DNA of 32,000 bases from Dickeya solani IPO 2222 (GCF_001644705.1 NZ_CP015137.1:750001-782000); one strand, 5' to 3'. Positions 7,159 through 16,614 are shown, counted from the stretch's first letter. Program-made: numbers and translations. The notes: a model not told the origin generated them from the sequence alone.

Positions 7159-7806
7159 ATGACTGAAAAAAAGCAGGGGCGGCGCGGCCGGCCCGCCAAC
7201 GAGGCGCTTAGCCAAACGATAGTCGACGCCGCGAGCGAACTCTTTGTGGAACTGGGTTTTCAAGCGACGACAATGGACAAGGTCGCCCAGCGGGCGAAGA
7301 TATCCAAGCTAAGCATCTATCGGCACTTCGAGAACAAGGAGGCGCTGTTCAGCGCAGCCATCGCGGCTCACTGCCATCAATTCGCACCACAGGCCCTTAT
7401 TGAAGGCGTCGGCGGTTCGGCCGAAGATCAGCTCATCGCGGTGGGATCATCCCTGCTTCGCACGCTGTTGAGCCCGGACGTCCGCAATGTCGAAGCCATG
7501 ATCATTGCCGACAAGACGAATCAAAAGTCATTAAGCAAGCTCCATTACGAAGCCGGCGCTGCCTATGTCATCGCCCAGATCGAGGCCCTGTTGCGTCAGT
7601 TGCACGCGAAGGCGGTTCTGAACGTGCCCGATCCTCTCCGGTCCGCCCGCTTGTTTGGCGCGCTTATCAAAGGATCCGACCTCCTGACAATCGCTCGCTT
7701 CGATGAGGCGAGAGCAGAGGACGACAACGAAATCGAATCCTACTGCCGGTCGGCCGCCGCCATGTTCATCGCCGCGCACGATGGCAACGACCACGCGGGC
7801 GGATAA
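7159..7806 (+). CDS. TetR/AcrR-family transcriptional regulator
   Basis: 215 aa. N-terminal TetR HTH (TTMDKVAQRAKISKLSIYRHFENKEALF). Divergent from the micro-ORF/flavoprotein/ABM unit. Confidence 0.9.
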   Translation: MTEKKQGRRGRPANEALSQTIVDAASELFVELGFQATTMDKVAQRAKISKLSIYRHFENKEALFSAAIAAHCHQFAPQALIEGVGGSAEDQLIAVGSSLLRTLLSPDVRNVEAMIIADKTNQKSLSKLHYEAGAAYVIAQIEALLRQLHAKAVLNVPDPLRSARLFGALIKGSDLLTIARFDEARAEDDNEIESYCRSAAAMFIAAHDGNDHAGG

Positions 7807-7943
7807 GCATTTGATTGCTCCGGGCAGCCTGGTATGGGGCGTTATCCAGGCGCTTCGTCATATTAGGCCGGCGCGCACGGCCAAGTAGGCACAGACGCGG
7901 CACCTCATCTTTCTTCCAACGATAAGAAGACGCCCGCTTCTAT

Positions 7944-7977
7944 TGCACGAAAGACGCAGGTGCACGAAAGACGCAGG
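7944..7977. repeat. Perfect 17-bp tandem duplication (TGCACGAAAGACGCAGG x2)
   Basis: Read directly: 7944-7960 is identical to 7961-7977. A related AGAAGACGC lies just upstream (about 7926-7934). Located in the gene-less stretch. Confidence 0.9.
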
Positions 7978-8343
7978 CTTCAAGCGTAAAGATAATCTGG
8001 ACATGTGCAAACTCGGTCGCATTGCTGAGTCCACGGTGTGTGACGGACGCCGATAATCAAGCCCAGTCCGGGGCGTTCATGGACATGGAGAATGTGATGC
8101 TGTTGACGCGCAATCAGTTGTTGGGTCTGAACCTTCTGGTAGTTAGGGCTGCCCCCCCTTTTCAACCGCCGCCAGGGGACTTCACACAATGGTACAAAAA
8201 GGGGGTTCCCAATCGGGCGTCGACAACGCCATGTGCGCTTGCAGGTAACAGTGGAGAGACAGATGGTGATGAGTTACCCATACCAACATCATAGTGGAGA
8301 CTGGCAAACAGTTACTGCTGACATCTGCGCTGCTGAGCGTTCT

Positions 8344-8383
8344 CGATACCATGTCGGCATTCCTTATCCGGGACATGGTATCG
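8344..8383. other. 12-bp perfect inverted repeat (CGATACCATGTC ... GACATGGTATCG) with 16-nt spacer
   Basis: Read directly. No flanking T-tract on either strand, so not a typical intrinsic terminator. Shares GATACCATG / GGTATC with the palindrome at 7102-7117. Confidence 0.6.
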
Positions 8384-8497
8384 ATATAGCTCTCTCACAT
8401 ACGTACGATGTGCGCCATTAAAAACGCCATTGATAACGTAGTAAACATGACTATATTTTTATTTTTTACAATAAAATCAAATATTTATTAATCAACC

Positions 8498-10075
8498 CTA
8501 CTCCCACTCGATCGTCGCCGGCGGTTTGCCGGACACGTCATAGACGACCCTTGAAATCCCGTCCACTTCATTAATGATGCGGTTGGAGACACGGCCGAGG
8601 AACTCATACGGCAGGTGCGCCCAATGTGCGGTCATGAAGTCGATGGTTTCAACAGCGCGCAGTGAAACGACCCAGTCGTATTTGCGGCCATCGCCCATGA
8701 CGCCGACGGAACGCACCGGCAGGAACACGGTGAACGCCTGACTGACCTTGTCGTACAGGTCGGCTTTGTGCAGTTCTTCAATGAAGATAGCGTCAGCGCG
8801 GCGCAACAGGTCACAGTACTCTTTCTTCACTTCGCCCAGCACGCGTACGCCCAGACCCGGCCCCGGGAACGGATGACGGTACAGCATGTTGTACGGCAGG
8901 CCCAGTTCCAGACCAATCTTGCGCACCTCGTCTTTAAACAACTCTTTCAGCGGCTCAACCAGCCCCAGCGCCATGTCGTCCGGCAAACCGCCGACGTTGT
9001 GGTGCGACTTGATGACGTGCGCTTTGCCGGTGGCGGAAGCGGCGGATTCGATCACGTCCGGATAGATGGTGCCTTGCGCCAGCCATTTCACGTCGGTCAG
9101 CTTGCCCGCTTCTTCATCAAAGACTTCCACGAATACGCGACCGATGGTTTTACGTTTGGCTTCCGGGTCGCCAATGCCCGCCAGCGCCGACAGGAAACGC
9201 TCTTCCGCCGGCACATGGACAATGCTCAGGCCGAACTGGTCGCCAAACATCTCCATCACCTGCTCGGCTTCGTTCAGGCGCAGCAGGCCATTGTCCACAA
9301 AGACGCAGGTCAGACGATCTCCAATGGCGCGGTGCAGCAGCAGCGCGGTCACCGAGGAATCGACCCCACCGGACAGACCGAGAATCACCTTGTCCTTGCC
9401 CACCTGCACGCGAATGCGTTCAACCGCGTCGTCGATAATTTTTGCCGGGGTCCACAGTGCTTCACACTGACAGATATCGCGCACAAAACGCTCCAGCATA
9501 CGCTGGCCCTGACGGGTGTGGGTCACTTCCGGGTGGAACTGCACGCCGTAAAAGCGTTTTTCCTCGTTAGCCATGATGGCGTACGGGCAAGTATCGGTGC
9601 TGGCAACGGTCACAAAGTCAGCCGGGATGGCGGTAACTTTGTCGCCGTGACTCATCCACACATCCAGCAACGACGCACCGCTGGCGCTGACGGCATCCTG
9701 AATGTCGCGGATCAGCGCGCTGTTGGTCTTGACTTCCACCTGCGCATAACCGAACTCACGCTCGCTGGAGCCTTCTACCTTACCGCCCAGTTGCATCGCC
9801 ATGGTCTGCATGCCGTAGCATACGCCCAGCACCGGCACGCCTGCCTGGAAAACATATTCCGGCGCGCGCGGGCTATTGAACTCGGTGGTACTTTCCGGGC
9901 CGCCGGAAAGGATGATGCCATTCGGGTTGAACTCGCGAATCTGCGCTTCGGTGACATCCCATGCCCACAGTTCGCAGTATACGCCCAGCTCACGCACGCG
10001 ACGTGCCACCAGCTGCGTGTATTGCGAACCGAAATCCAGAACAAGAATGCGATGTTGATGAATGTTTTCTGTCAT
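8498..10075 (-). CDS. guaA: GMP synthase (glutamine-hydrolysing)
   Basis: 525 aa, same length as E. coli GuaA. Class-I amidotransferase N-terminus ([26 protein letters not shown]), ATP-PPase SGGVDSS motif, C-terminal PPATIEWE. Confidence 0.97.
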   Translation of the reverse strand: MTENIHQHRILVLDFGSQYTQLVARRVRELGVYCELWAWDVTEAQIREFNPNGIILSGGPESTTEFNSPRAPEYVFQAGVPVLGVCYGMQTMAMQLGGKVEGSSEREFGYAQVEVKTNSALIRDIQDAVSASGASLLDVWMSHGDKVTAIPADFVTVASTDTCPYAIMANEEKRFYGVQFHPEVTHTRQGQRMLERFVRDICQCEALWTPAKIIDDAVERIRVQVGKDKVILGLSGGVDSSVTALLLHRAIGDRLTCVFVDNGLLRLNEAEQVMEMFGDQFGLSIVHVPAEERFLSALAGIGDPEAKRKTIGRVFVEVFDEEAGKLTDVKWLAQGTIYPDVIESAASATGKAHVIKSHHNVGGLPDDMALGLVEPLKELFKDEVRKIGLELGLPYNMLYRHPFPGPGLGVRVLGEVKKEYCDLLRRADAIFIEELHKADLYDKVSQAFTVFLPVRSVGVMGDGRKYDWVVSLRAVETIDFMTAHWAHLPYEFLGRVSNRIINEVDGISRVVYDVSGKPPATIEWE

Positions 10076-10100
10076 GAGAGGCGTATTCCACTACGGAGCG

Positions 10101-10135
10101 AAAGAAAAATTGAACCCGGCAAGTTTACCGGGTTC
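10101..10135 (-). terminator. Terminator-like hairpin between guaB and guaA
   Basis: On the minus strand: GAACCCGG-taaacttg-CCGGGTTC (10112-10135) followed by AATTTTTCTTT. Lies in the 87-nt guaB-guaA spacer, so it could be a partial terminator or processing site within the operon. Confidence 0.45.
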
Positions 10136-10162
10136 GTAACATTAAATCAGCCGGTAACGCGC

Positions 10163-11626
10163 TTAGCCCATGCGATAGTTCGGCGACTCTTTGGTGATGG
10201 TCACATCATGAACGTGGCTTTCCTGAATACCGGCGCCGCTGATACGCACAAATTCGGCTTTGGTACGCAGCGCATCAATGGTCGGGCAACCGGTCAGGCC
10301 CATGCAGGAACGCAGGCCGCCCATCTGCTGGTGTACGATCTCTTTCAGGCGGCCTTTATAAGCCACCCGGCCTTCGATACCTTCCGGCACCAGTTTGTCG
10401 GCAGCATTGTCGGACTGGAAATAACGGTCGGACGAGCCTTTGGACATCGCGCCCAGCGACCCCATGCCGCGGTACGATTTGAACGCACGGCCCTGATACA
10501 GTTCGATCTCGCCCGGCGATTCTTCGGTACCTGCCAGCATGGAACCAACCATCACGCAGGCGGCGCCGGCGGCGATCGCTTTGGCGATGTCGCCGGAGAA
10601 ACGAATGCCGCCGTCGGCAATGACCGGAATGCCCGTGCCTTCCAGCGCGTCAACCGCGTCGGCAATCGCCGTAATCTGCGGCACGCCCACGCCGGTCACG
10701 ATACGGGTCGTACAGATAGAACCAGGGCCAATACCCACTTTCACCGCGCTCACGCCGGCTTCAGCCAGGGCGCGTGCGCCAGCGCCAGTCGCCACGTTAC
10801 CGCCGATAATCTGCAGATCTGGGTATTTAGCGCGAGTTTCGCGGATACGCTGCAACACGCCTTCGGAGTGACCGTGTGAGGAGTCGATCAACAATACGTC
10901 CACACCGGCGGCGACCAGCGCGTCGATACGTTCTTCGTTACCGGCGCCGGCGCCCACCGCCGCGCCGACGCGCAAACGGCCGTGCTCGTCTTTACAGGCG
11001 TTCGGCTTGCGTTCGGCTTTCTGGAAATCTTTTACCGTGATCATGCCGGCCAGACGGAACTGCGCATCCACCACCAACGCTTTTTCGATGCGGCGCTCAT
11101 GCATTTTCTGCAGCACCACGTCGCGGGATTCACCCTCTTTTACCGTCACCAGACGATCTTTCGGGGTCATTACCGCGCTGACCGGGCGGTCCAGATCGGT
11201 GACGAAACGCACGTCGCGGCCGGTGATGATACCGACCAGCTCATTGCCTGTCGTTACCACCGGGTAACCGGCAAAACCGTTACGTTCAGTGAGTTCTTTC
11301 ACCTGACGCAGCGTGGTTTCCGGGGTTACAGTCTGCGGGTCAACCACCACGCCGCTTTCATGGCGCTTCACGCGGCTAACTTCTTCAGCCTGGCGCTCAA
11401 TAGGCATGTTCTTGTGAATAAAACCGATGCCGCCTTCCTGCGCCAGCGCAATAGCCAGCCCGGACTCGGTCACGGTATCCATCGCAGCGGACAGCATGGG
11501 AATGTTCAGGCGGATACGCTGAGTCAATTGAGTGCTTAGATCGGCCGTGTTGGGCAGCACCGTGGAATGGGCAGGAACGAGGAGAACATCATCGAAGGTC
11601 AGTGCTTCTTTAGCAATACGTAGCAT
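10163..11626 (-). CDS. guaB: IMP dehydrogenase
   Basis: 487 aa. [22 protein letters not shown]-terminus, CBS pair, catalytic loop [11 protein letters not shown]. Confidence 0.97.
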   Translation of the reverse strand: MLRIAKEALTFDDVLLVPAHSTVLPNTADLSTQLTQRIRLNIPMLSAAMDTVTESGLAIALAQEGGIGFIHKNMPIERQAEEVSRVKRHESGVVVDPQTVTPETTLRQVKELTERNGFAGYPVVTTGNELVGIITGRDVRFVTDLDRPVSAVMTPKDRLVTVKEGESRDVVLQKMHERRIEKALVVDAQFRLAGMITVKDFQKAERKPNACKDEHGRLRVGAAVGAGAGNEERIDALVAAGVDVLLIDSSHGHSEGVLQRIRETRAKYPDLQIIGGNVATGAGARALAEAGVSAVKVGIGPGSICTTRIVTGVGVPQITAIADAVDALEGTGIPVIADGGIRFSGDIAKAIAAGAACVMVGSMLAGTEESPGEIELYQGRAFKSYRGMGSLGAMSKGSSDRYFQSDNAADKLVPEGIEGRVAYKGRLKEIVHQQMGGLRSCMGLTGCPTIDALRTKAEFVRISGAGIQESHVHDVTITKESPNYRMG

Positions 11627-11796
11627 AGCAATATCTCACCGGAATTGGGATGGAAGTTAGATAAAATATTGCCGCGGCATTATACAGGGCGAAATCGATT
11701 GCCTCCAGTATTTTTTTATAAAAATGCTTGCGAATGGCTCACTGACCGGTAGTATTGAGGATTAACTCGCTGTTTTAATTTTTGATCCGGGTCACA
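11627..11796. promoter_or_regulatory. Divergent guaB / xseA control region
   Basis: For guaB (minus): TATAAT (11679-11684) followed by the GC-rich discriminator GCCGCGGC, a weak -35 TGGAGG 17 nt upstream, and an A/T tract (11709-11725) positioned like an UP element. For xseA (plus): TTGCGA (11728-11733), 16 nt, TAGTAT (11750-11755). All by eye only. Confidence 0.45.
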
Positions 11797-13182
11797 ATGT
11801 CCTCATTGCCGTCATCCGCCATATTTACCGTCAGCCGCCTGAATCAGACGGTAAAACAGTTGCTGGAAGGCGAAATGGGCCAGGTCTGGCTCTCCGGCGA
11901 AATCTCTAATTTCTCCCAGCCCTCCTCCGGTCACTGGTATTTTACGCTGAAAGACGAACGCGCTCAGGTACGTTGCGCCATGTTCCGCACCAGCAACCGT
12001 CGGGTCACCTTCCGGCCGCAAAACGGGCAGCAGGTGCTGATTCGCGCCACCATCACCCTGTACGAACCACGCGGCGACTACCAGTTGCTGGCCGAAAGTA
12101 TGCACCCGGCAGGCGACGGCCTGCTGCAACAACAGTTCGAACAGTTGAAACAGCGCCTGTCGGCGGAAGGGTTGTTTGATCAGCAATACAAGCAATTGCT
12201 GCCCAAACCGGCGCGTCAGGTTGGCGTCATTACCTCCGCCAGCGGGGCAGCACTGCACGATATCCTGCACATTCTGCAACGGCGCGACCCTTCCCTGCCG
12301 GTGGTGATCTACCCGACAGCGGTGCAAGGCGTGGATGCGCCGGCTCAGATTGTGCGGGCCATCGAACTGGCCAATCTGCGTCAGGAATGCGATGTGCTGA
12401 TCGTCGGCCGGGGCGGTGGCTCACTGGAAGACCTGTGGAGCTTCAACGATGAGCGGGTGGCGCGAGCTATCTTTGCCAGTCGCATCCCGATTGTCAGCGC
12501 GGTCGGTCACGAAACCGACGTGACCATCGCCGATTTCGTGGCGGATCTGCGCGCGCCGACACCTTCCGCCGCGGCGGAACTGGTCAGTCGTAACCAACTG
12601 GAGTTACTGCGGCAGATCCAGTCCCAGCGCCAGCGGCTGGAAATGGCGATGGACTACTACCTGGCGCAGCGCCAGCAGCAATTCGTCCGGCTGCAGCATC
12701 GGCTGCATCAGCAACACCCGCAACTGCGTCTGGCCCGCCAGCAAACCCAGCTGATTCGTCTGCGCCAGCGTCTGGATGAAGCCATCCAGTTGCAATTGCG
12801 CCAGCAGACGCGCCGTCAGGAACGCGTTGTCCAGCGGCTGCGGCAGCACCAGCCGCAACCACGCCTGCACCGTGCGCAACAGCAGGTACAACAGTTGCGC
12901 TATCGTATGCAATACGCACTGGAAAAACAGCTTAATCAGCATAAACAACGGTTTGGCGAAGCCTGTTCCCACCTCGAAGCCGTCAGCCCGCTGGCGACGC
13001 TGGCCCGCGGCTATAGCGTCACCACCGCGCCGGACGGCAAAGTCATGAAACGCACCGCTCAGGCCGCCAAGGGCGATATCCTGAAAACCCGGCTGCAGGA
13101 TGGCTGGGTAGAGAGTCAGATAACTGAAATAACAAAAGAATCTACCAAACCGCGCGTCAGACGCCAGACGAAAAATATTTAG
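11797..13182 (+). CDS. xseA: Exodeoxyribonuclease VII large subunit
   Basis: Start at ATG 11797 ([39 protein letters not shown]), which matches the E. coli XseA N-terminus. The track ORF begins 15 nt earlier at a TTG. 461 aa. Confidence 0.95.
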   Translation: MSSLPSSAIFTVSRLNQTVKQLLEGEMGQVWLSGEISNFSQPSSGHWYFTLKDERAQVRCAMFRTSNRRVTFRPQNGQQVLIRATITLYEPRGDYQLLAESMHPAGDGLLQQQFEQLKQRLSAEGLFDQQYKQLLPKPARQVGVITSASGAALHDILHILQRRDPSLPVVIYPTAVQGVDAPAQIVRAIELANLRQECDVLIVGRGGGSLEDLWSFNDERVARAIFASRIPIVSAVGHETDVTIADFVADLRAPTPSAAAELVSRNQLELLRQIQSQRQRLEMAMDYYLAQRQQQFVRLQHRLHQQHPQLRLARQQTQLIRLRQRLDEAIQLQLRQQTRRQERVVQRLRQHQPQPRLHRAQQQVQQLRYRMQYALEKQLNQHKQRFGEACSHLEAVSPLATLARGYSVTTAPDGKVMKRTAQAAKGDILKTRLQDGWVESQITEITKESTKPRVRRQTKNI

Positions 13183-13273
13183 TGATTAGTCTATACTTAT
13201 CGTGTCATAACTGTGGTAGATCAGTGTTGATAATATGTTGCAAACCATACTGCAAGGCATAAGGAGATGAAGT

Positions 13274-14323
13274 ATGCAATTCGCCCGTAACATCATTCCG
13301 CCCTATATTCTGCATCGCATTATCAACAATGGATCAGATGAGGAACGTCGTTGCGCGCAACAAACTCTGATGCACGTGCAGTCACTGATGGTAGCCCCGG
13401 TTATTCACCCCGATGAACATGCGGAACACCCTGCCGACAAGGTACAGCGCGACATTTACGACTCAGAGCACCAGCAGACGTTACCGGGCAAGCGGGTACG
13501 GATGGAAGGTCAGCCGGGAAATGGCGATATCGCCGTTGATGAAGCCTACAGCTATCTGGGCATCACCTATGATTTTTTCTGGAAAATCTTCGGCCGCAAT
13601 TCGCTGGACAACAAAGGCTTACCGCTGATCGGCAGCGTCCACTACGGCAAGGATTACCAGAACGCGTTCTGGAGCGGGCAGCAGATGGTGTTTGGCGACG
13701 GCGACGGCAAAATCTTCAATCGTTTCACTATCGCGCTGGATGTGATCGCTCATGAGCTGTCACATGGCGTAGTGGAAAGCGAAACCAATCTGCTGTACTT
13801 CCGCCAGTCCGGCGCGCTCAACGAATCGCTCGCGGACGTATTTGGCTCTATGGTTAAACAGTACTATCGCAATCAGAAAGTACAGCAAGCGGACTGGATT
13901 ATCGGTGAAGGACTGCTGGCCGACGGCATCGACGGCAAAGGCCTACGTTCAATGGCGCGCCCCGGAAGCGCCTATGACGACCTGCTGTTGGGCACTGATC
14001 CACAACCTGCCCACATGCGGGATTTCGTCAATACCCGCGAGGACAACGGCGGCGTACATCTGAATTCAGGAATTCCCAACCGCGCTTTCTATCTGGCCGC
14101 AATGGCGCTGGGCGGCTATTCCTGGGAAAAAGCCGGGCGTATCTGGTACGACACCCTATGCGACAAAGCACTGCCGCAAAATGCGGATTTCTCCATCTTT
14201 GCCAGATTCACCGTGGAACATGCCGGAAAACGCTTCAATGAAGCGGTAGCCGACGCCGTGCTGCGGGCCTGGCATCAGGTCGGGGTTGATACGGGAATTT
14301 TTAATGAGCACGAACAGGAATAA
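13274..14323 (+). CDS. M4 (thermolysin-family) zinc metalloprotease, protealysin-like
   Basis: AAGGAG lies 7 nt upstream of ATG 13274. HELSH zinc motif at 13751-13765 and third ligand in GALNESLADVFG. Short N-terminal propeptide with IPPYIL (the PPL-type motif of protealysin-like proteases). No signal peptide. 349 aa. Confidence 0.9.
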   Translation: MQFARNIIPPYILHRIINNGSDEERRCAQQTLMHVQSLMVAPVIHPDEHAEHPADKVQRDIYDSEHQQTLPGKRVRMEGQPGNGDIAVDEAYSYLGITYDFFWKIFGRNSLDNKGLPLIGSVHYGKDYQNAFWSGQQMVFGDGDGKIFNRFTIALDVIAHELSHGVVESETNLLYFRQSGALNESLADVFGSMVKQYYRNQKVQQADWIIGEGLLADGIDGKGLRSMARPGSAYDDLLLGTDPQPAHMRDFVNTREDNGGVHLNSGIPNRAFYLAAMALGGYSWEKAGRIWYDTLCDKALPQNADFSIFARFTVEHAGKRFNEAVADAVLRAWHQVGVDTGIFNEHEQE

Positions 14324-14672
14324 CCTGCCCGATTTGACGGATGATGTGATCATTGAACTGGCGCGCGAGGGCGGTTTCGCCTGGCTCCCCAAACTGGCCG
14401 GCCTGCGCCGCTTCGCGCTGGCCGAGGTCCCCGCCGCCAAAAAAGAGAAGCTCTGCGCCGTGCTGCGTGACGTCCTGCCGACAGCGCAGGAACCCGGTCA
14501 GCCAGACTCTCCCGGCCGCGGCGACCAGTTCTACTACCGTATCCATATTCACTACTGCAATACGCCGGATACCCGCCAAACGGACTGGGTGTTGCTGATC
14601 CCCGAACAGAGCGCGCCATCAGCGCTGGAAGCCTTGTGGCGCAATGGCCTGGATGACGGGCAACCATCCTGA
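14304..14672 (+). CDS. Small acidic protein overlapping the protease gene; candidate emfourin-type M4 protease inhibitor
   Basis: ATG 14304 lies 20 nt inside the protease gene end (stop 14321-14323). 122 aa, no signal peptide. The assignment rests on size and on the bicistronic arrangement described for Serratia proteamaculans protealysin/emfourin (recalled). I cannot verify sequence identity. Confidence 0.6.
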   Translation: MSTNRNNLPDLTDDVIIELAREGGFAWLPKLAGLRRFALAEVPAAKKEKLCAVLRDVLPTAQEPGQPDSPGRGDQFYYRIHIHYCNTPDTRQTDWVLLIPEQSAPSALEALWRNGLDDGQPS

Positions 14673-14675
14673 CGG

Positions 14676-14900
14676 CTACTGAGGCTGGTAACGAACGGCC
14701 ACACGTGAACGTGAAATCAGCCCGTGACCGCTGGCGCACAGATAACTTTCCGCCCCACAGGCACGCAACACCTGCAATGGCTGTTCGCATTCCGGACACA
14801 GCGTCAAACGCAGCAAATCTCGCTGACAAGCCTCACAGCGGTACTGTTCATTGCCGCGCCATACCATCGGTTGCCGACATTCGGGACAATAAGCGTCCAT
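14676..14900 (-). CDS. yfgJ: Zinc-ribbon protein YfgJ
   Basis: Start at ATG 14900 (GGAGGAGGAAG directly upstream), 74 aa. Paired CxxC motifs (CPECRQ..CEAC..CPECEQPLQVLRACGA..C.SGHGLIS) match E. coli YfgJ. The track ORF is 24 codons longer. Confidence 0.85.
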   Translation of the reverse strand: MDAYCPECRQPMVWRGNEQYRCEACQRDLLRLTLCPECEQPLQVLRACGAESYLCASGHGLISRSRVAVRYQPQ

Positions 14901-14923
14901 CTTCCTCCTCCGGATCACACCAT

Positions 14924-14952
14924 GAAAAACGGGGCAGAATCGCTCCTGCCCC
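14924..14952 (-). terminator. Intrinsic terminator after der
   Basis: Minus strand: GGGGCAG-gagcgatt-CTGCCCC followed by GTTTTTCAT. Sits 33 nt after the der stop and immediately upstream of the yfgJ ribosome-binding site. Confidence 0.6.
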
Positions 14953-14984
14953 GATATAACGGCTGATTTCACCGCTGCTGATGC

Positions 14985-16475
14985 TTACTTGCCTTTCTTG
15001 ATGTGCTGCATCAGGCGCTTACGTTTGCGCAGTTGATTCGGCGTCAGCGTATTACGTTTGTCGGCGAACGGGTTTTCCCCTTCTTTGAACTGAATGCGGA
15101 TCGGCGTCCCCATCACCTCCAGCGAACGCCGGTAGTAGTTCATCAGGTAGCGTTTGTAGGAATCCGGCAGGTCTTTGACCTGATTGCCGTGGATCACCAC
15201 GATCGGCGGGTTATATCCCCCGGCATGGGCGTATTTCAGCTTCACGCGACGGCCGCGCACCAGCGGCGGCTGATGGTCGTCCGCCGCCATCTGCATGATG
15301 CGGGTCAGCATCGCGGTTCCCACACGGCGAGTGGAACAGTCGTAGGCTTCGGTGACGGATTCAAACAGGTTGCCCACGCCGCTACCGTGCAGCGCCGAAA
15401 TAAAGTGAATACGGGCAAAATCGATGAAGCCGAGGCGCAGATCGAGGGTTTCCTTCACCTGCTCCTTGATCTCCTGCGACAATCCGTCCCACTTGTTCAC
15501 CACAATCACCAGCGAACGGCCGGAGTTGAGGATAAAGCCCAACAGCGACAGGTCCTGATCGGAAATCCCTTCGCGGGCGTCGATCACCAGCAGCACGACG
15601 TTGGAATCTTCGATCGCCTGCAATGTCTTGATTACCGAGAACTTCTCGACGGTATCGGTAATCTTGCCGCGTTTGCGTACCCCAGCGGTATCGATCAGCA
15701 CGTAGTCGCGGCCATCACGCTCCATCGGGATGTAGATACTGTCGCGCGTGGTGCCCGGCATGTCGTACACCACCACCCGCTCTTCCCCGAGAATACGGTT
15801 GGTCAGCGTTGACTTGCCGACATTCGGCCGGCCGACGATAGCCAGTTTGATCGGCAATCCTTCCAGATTGCGCGCATCGTCTTCACCCTCTTCGCCGTCA
15901 ATGCCGCCTTCACCGAGCTGTTCCGCCCAGTAAGCCGCGTTCGCTTCTTCTTCGGTCAGTTCACGCGTTTCCTGCACCGGATCGGCGGCAAACGGCAGCA
16001 GCACTTTTTCCAGCAGAGAAGTCACGCCACGGCCGTGCGACGCCGCAATCGGATACACCTCGCCCAGACCGAGCGAATAGAAATCGGCAATGCCGGTATC
16101 GATATCGATACCATCGACTTTGTTGGCGACCAGAAACGTGTCTTTTTCACGCATACGTAAATGCTGGGCAATGGCATGATCCGCCGGCATCAGACCATCG
16201 CGGGCGTCCACCAGAAACAGCACGATATCCGCTTCTTCAATCGCCAGCAGCGACTGCTCGGCCATGCGCGTTTCCACGCCATCTTCATTACCGTCGATAC
16301 CGCCGGTATCGATAATAATGAATTCATTCCCCTCCACCTCGGCACGACCATACTTGCGGTCACGAGTCAGCCCAGGGAAATCCGCCACCAATGCGTCACG
16401 GGTACGCGTTAAGCGGTTAAACAGCGTGGATTTCCCCACATTCGGGCGCCCGACCAGCGCGACGACAGGTATCAT
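14985..16475 (-). CDS. der: Ribosome-associated GTPase Der (EngA)
   Basis: 496 aa. Two tandem G domains (GRPNVGKST twice, DTGG/DTAG, NKVD/NKWD), KH-like C-terminus, Lys-rich tail. Confidence 0.97.
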   Translation of the reverse strand: MIPVVALVGRPNVGKSTLFNRLTRTRDALVADFPGLTRDRKYGRAEVEGNEFIIIDTGGIDGNEDGVETRMAEQSLLAIEEADIVLFLVDARDGLMPADHAIAQHLRMREKDTFLVANKVDGIDIDTGIADFYSLGLGEVYPIAASHGRGVTSLLEKVLLPFAADPVQETRELTEEEANAAYWAEQLGEGGIDGEEGEDDARNLEGLPIKLAIVGRPNVGKSTLTNRILGEERVVVYDMPGTTRDSIYIPMERDGRDYVLIDTAGVRKRGKITDTVEKFSVIKTLQAIEDSNVVLLVIDAREGISDQDLSLLGFILNSGRSLVIVVNKWDGLSQEIKEQVKETLDLRLGFIDFARIHFISALHGSGVGNLFESVTEAYDCSTRRVGTAMLTRIMQMAADDHQPPLVRGRRVKLKYAHAGGYNPPIVVIHGNQVKDLPDSYKRYLMNYYRRSLEVMGTPIRIQFKEGENPFADKRNTLTPNQLRKRKRLMQHIKKGK

Positions 16476-16530
16476 TGTTACAACCTCATTGCTTATATTT
16501 CAATTCGTTACAGCAGAAAGGTCTGCTGAT

Positions 16531-16571
16531 GATAAAAGACGAAACGGCCCCTGACAGTATCAGGAGCCGTT
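16531..16571 (-). terminator. Terminator/attenuator-like hairpin between bamB and der
   Basis: Minus strand: AACGGCTCCTGA-tact-GTCAGGGGCCGTT followed by TCGTCTTTTATC. Confidence 0.5.
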
Positions 16572-16614
16572 GTGGGGATGGCGATTCACCGCCTGTCCCG
16601 GCCATGCGAAGCGG

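Noticed and set aside
8022-8421. Four 60-90-aa ORFs on both strands in the gene-less stretch
   Set aside because: They overlap each other, have no ribosome-binding sites, and their products are unrecognisable. Not reportable as genes without expression or conservation data.
8768-10879. 703-aa ORF on the plus strand spanning guaA, the spacer and part of guaB
   Set aside because: It is codon-aligned antisense to two strongly identified genes that share the same phase (start coordinates agree modulo 3). Stops in that frame need sense TTA/CTA/TCA codons, which are rare in these GC-rich genes. The composition is R/A/H/G/Q-rich, with no motifs and no ribosome-binding site.
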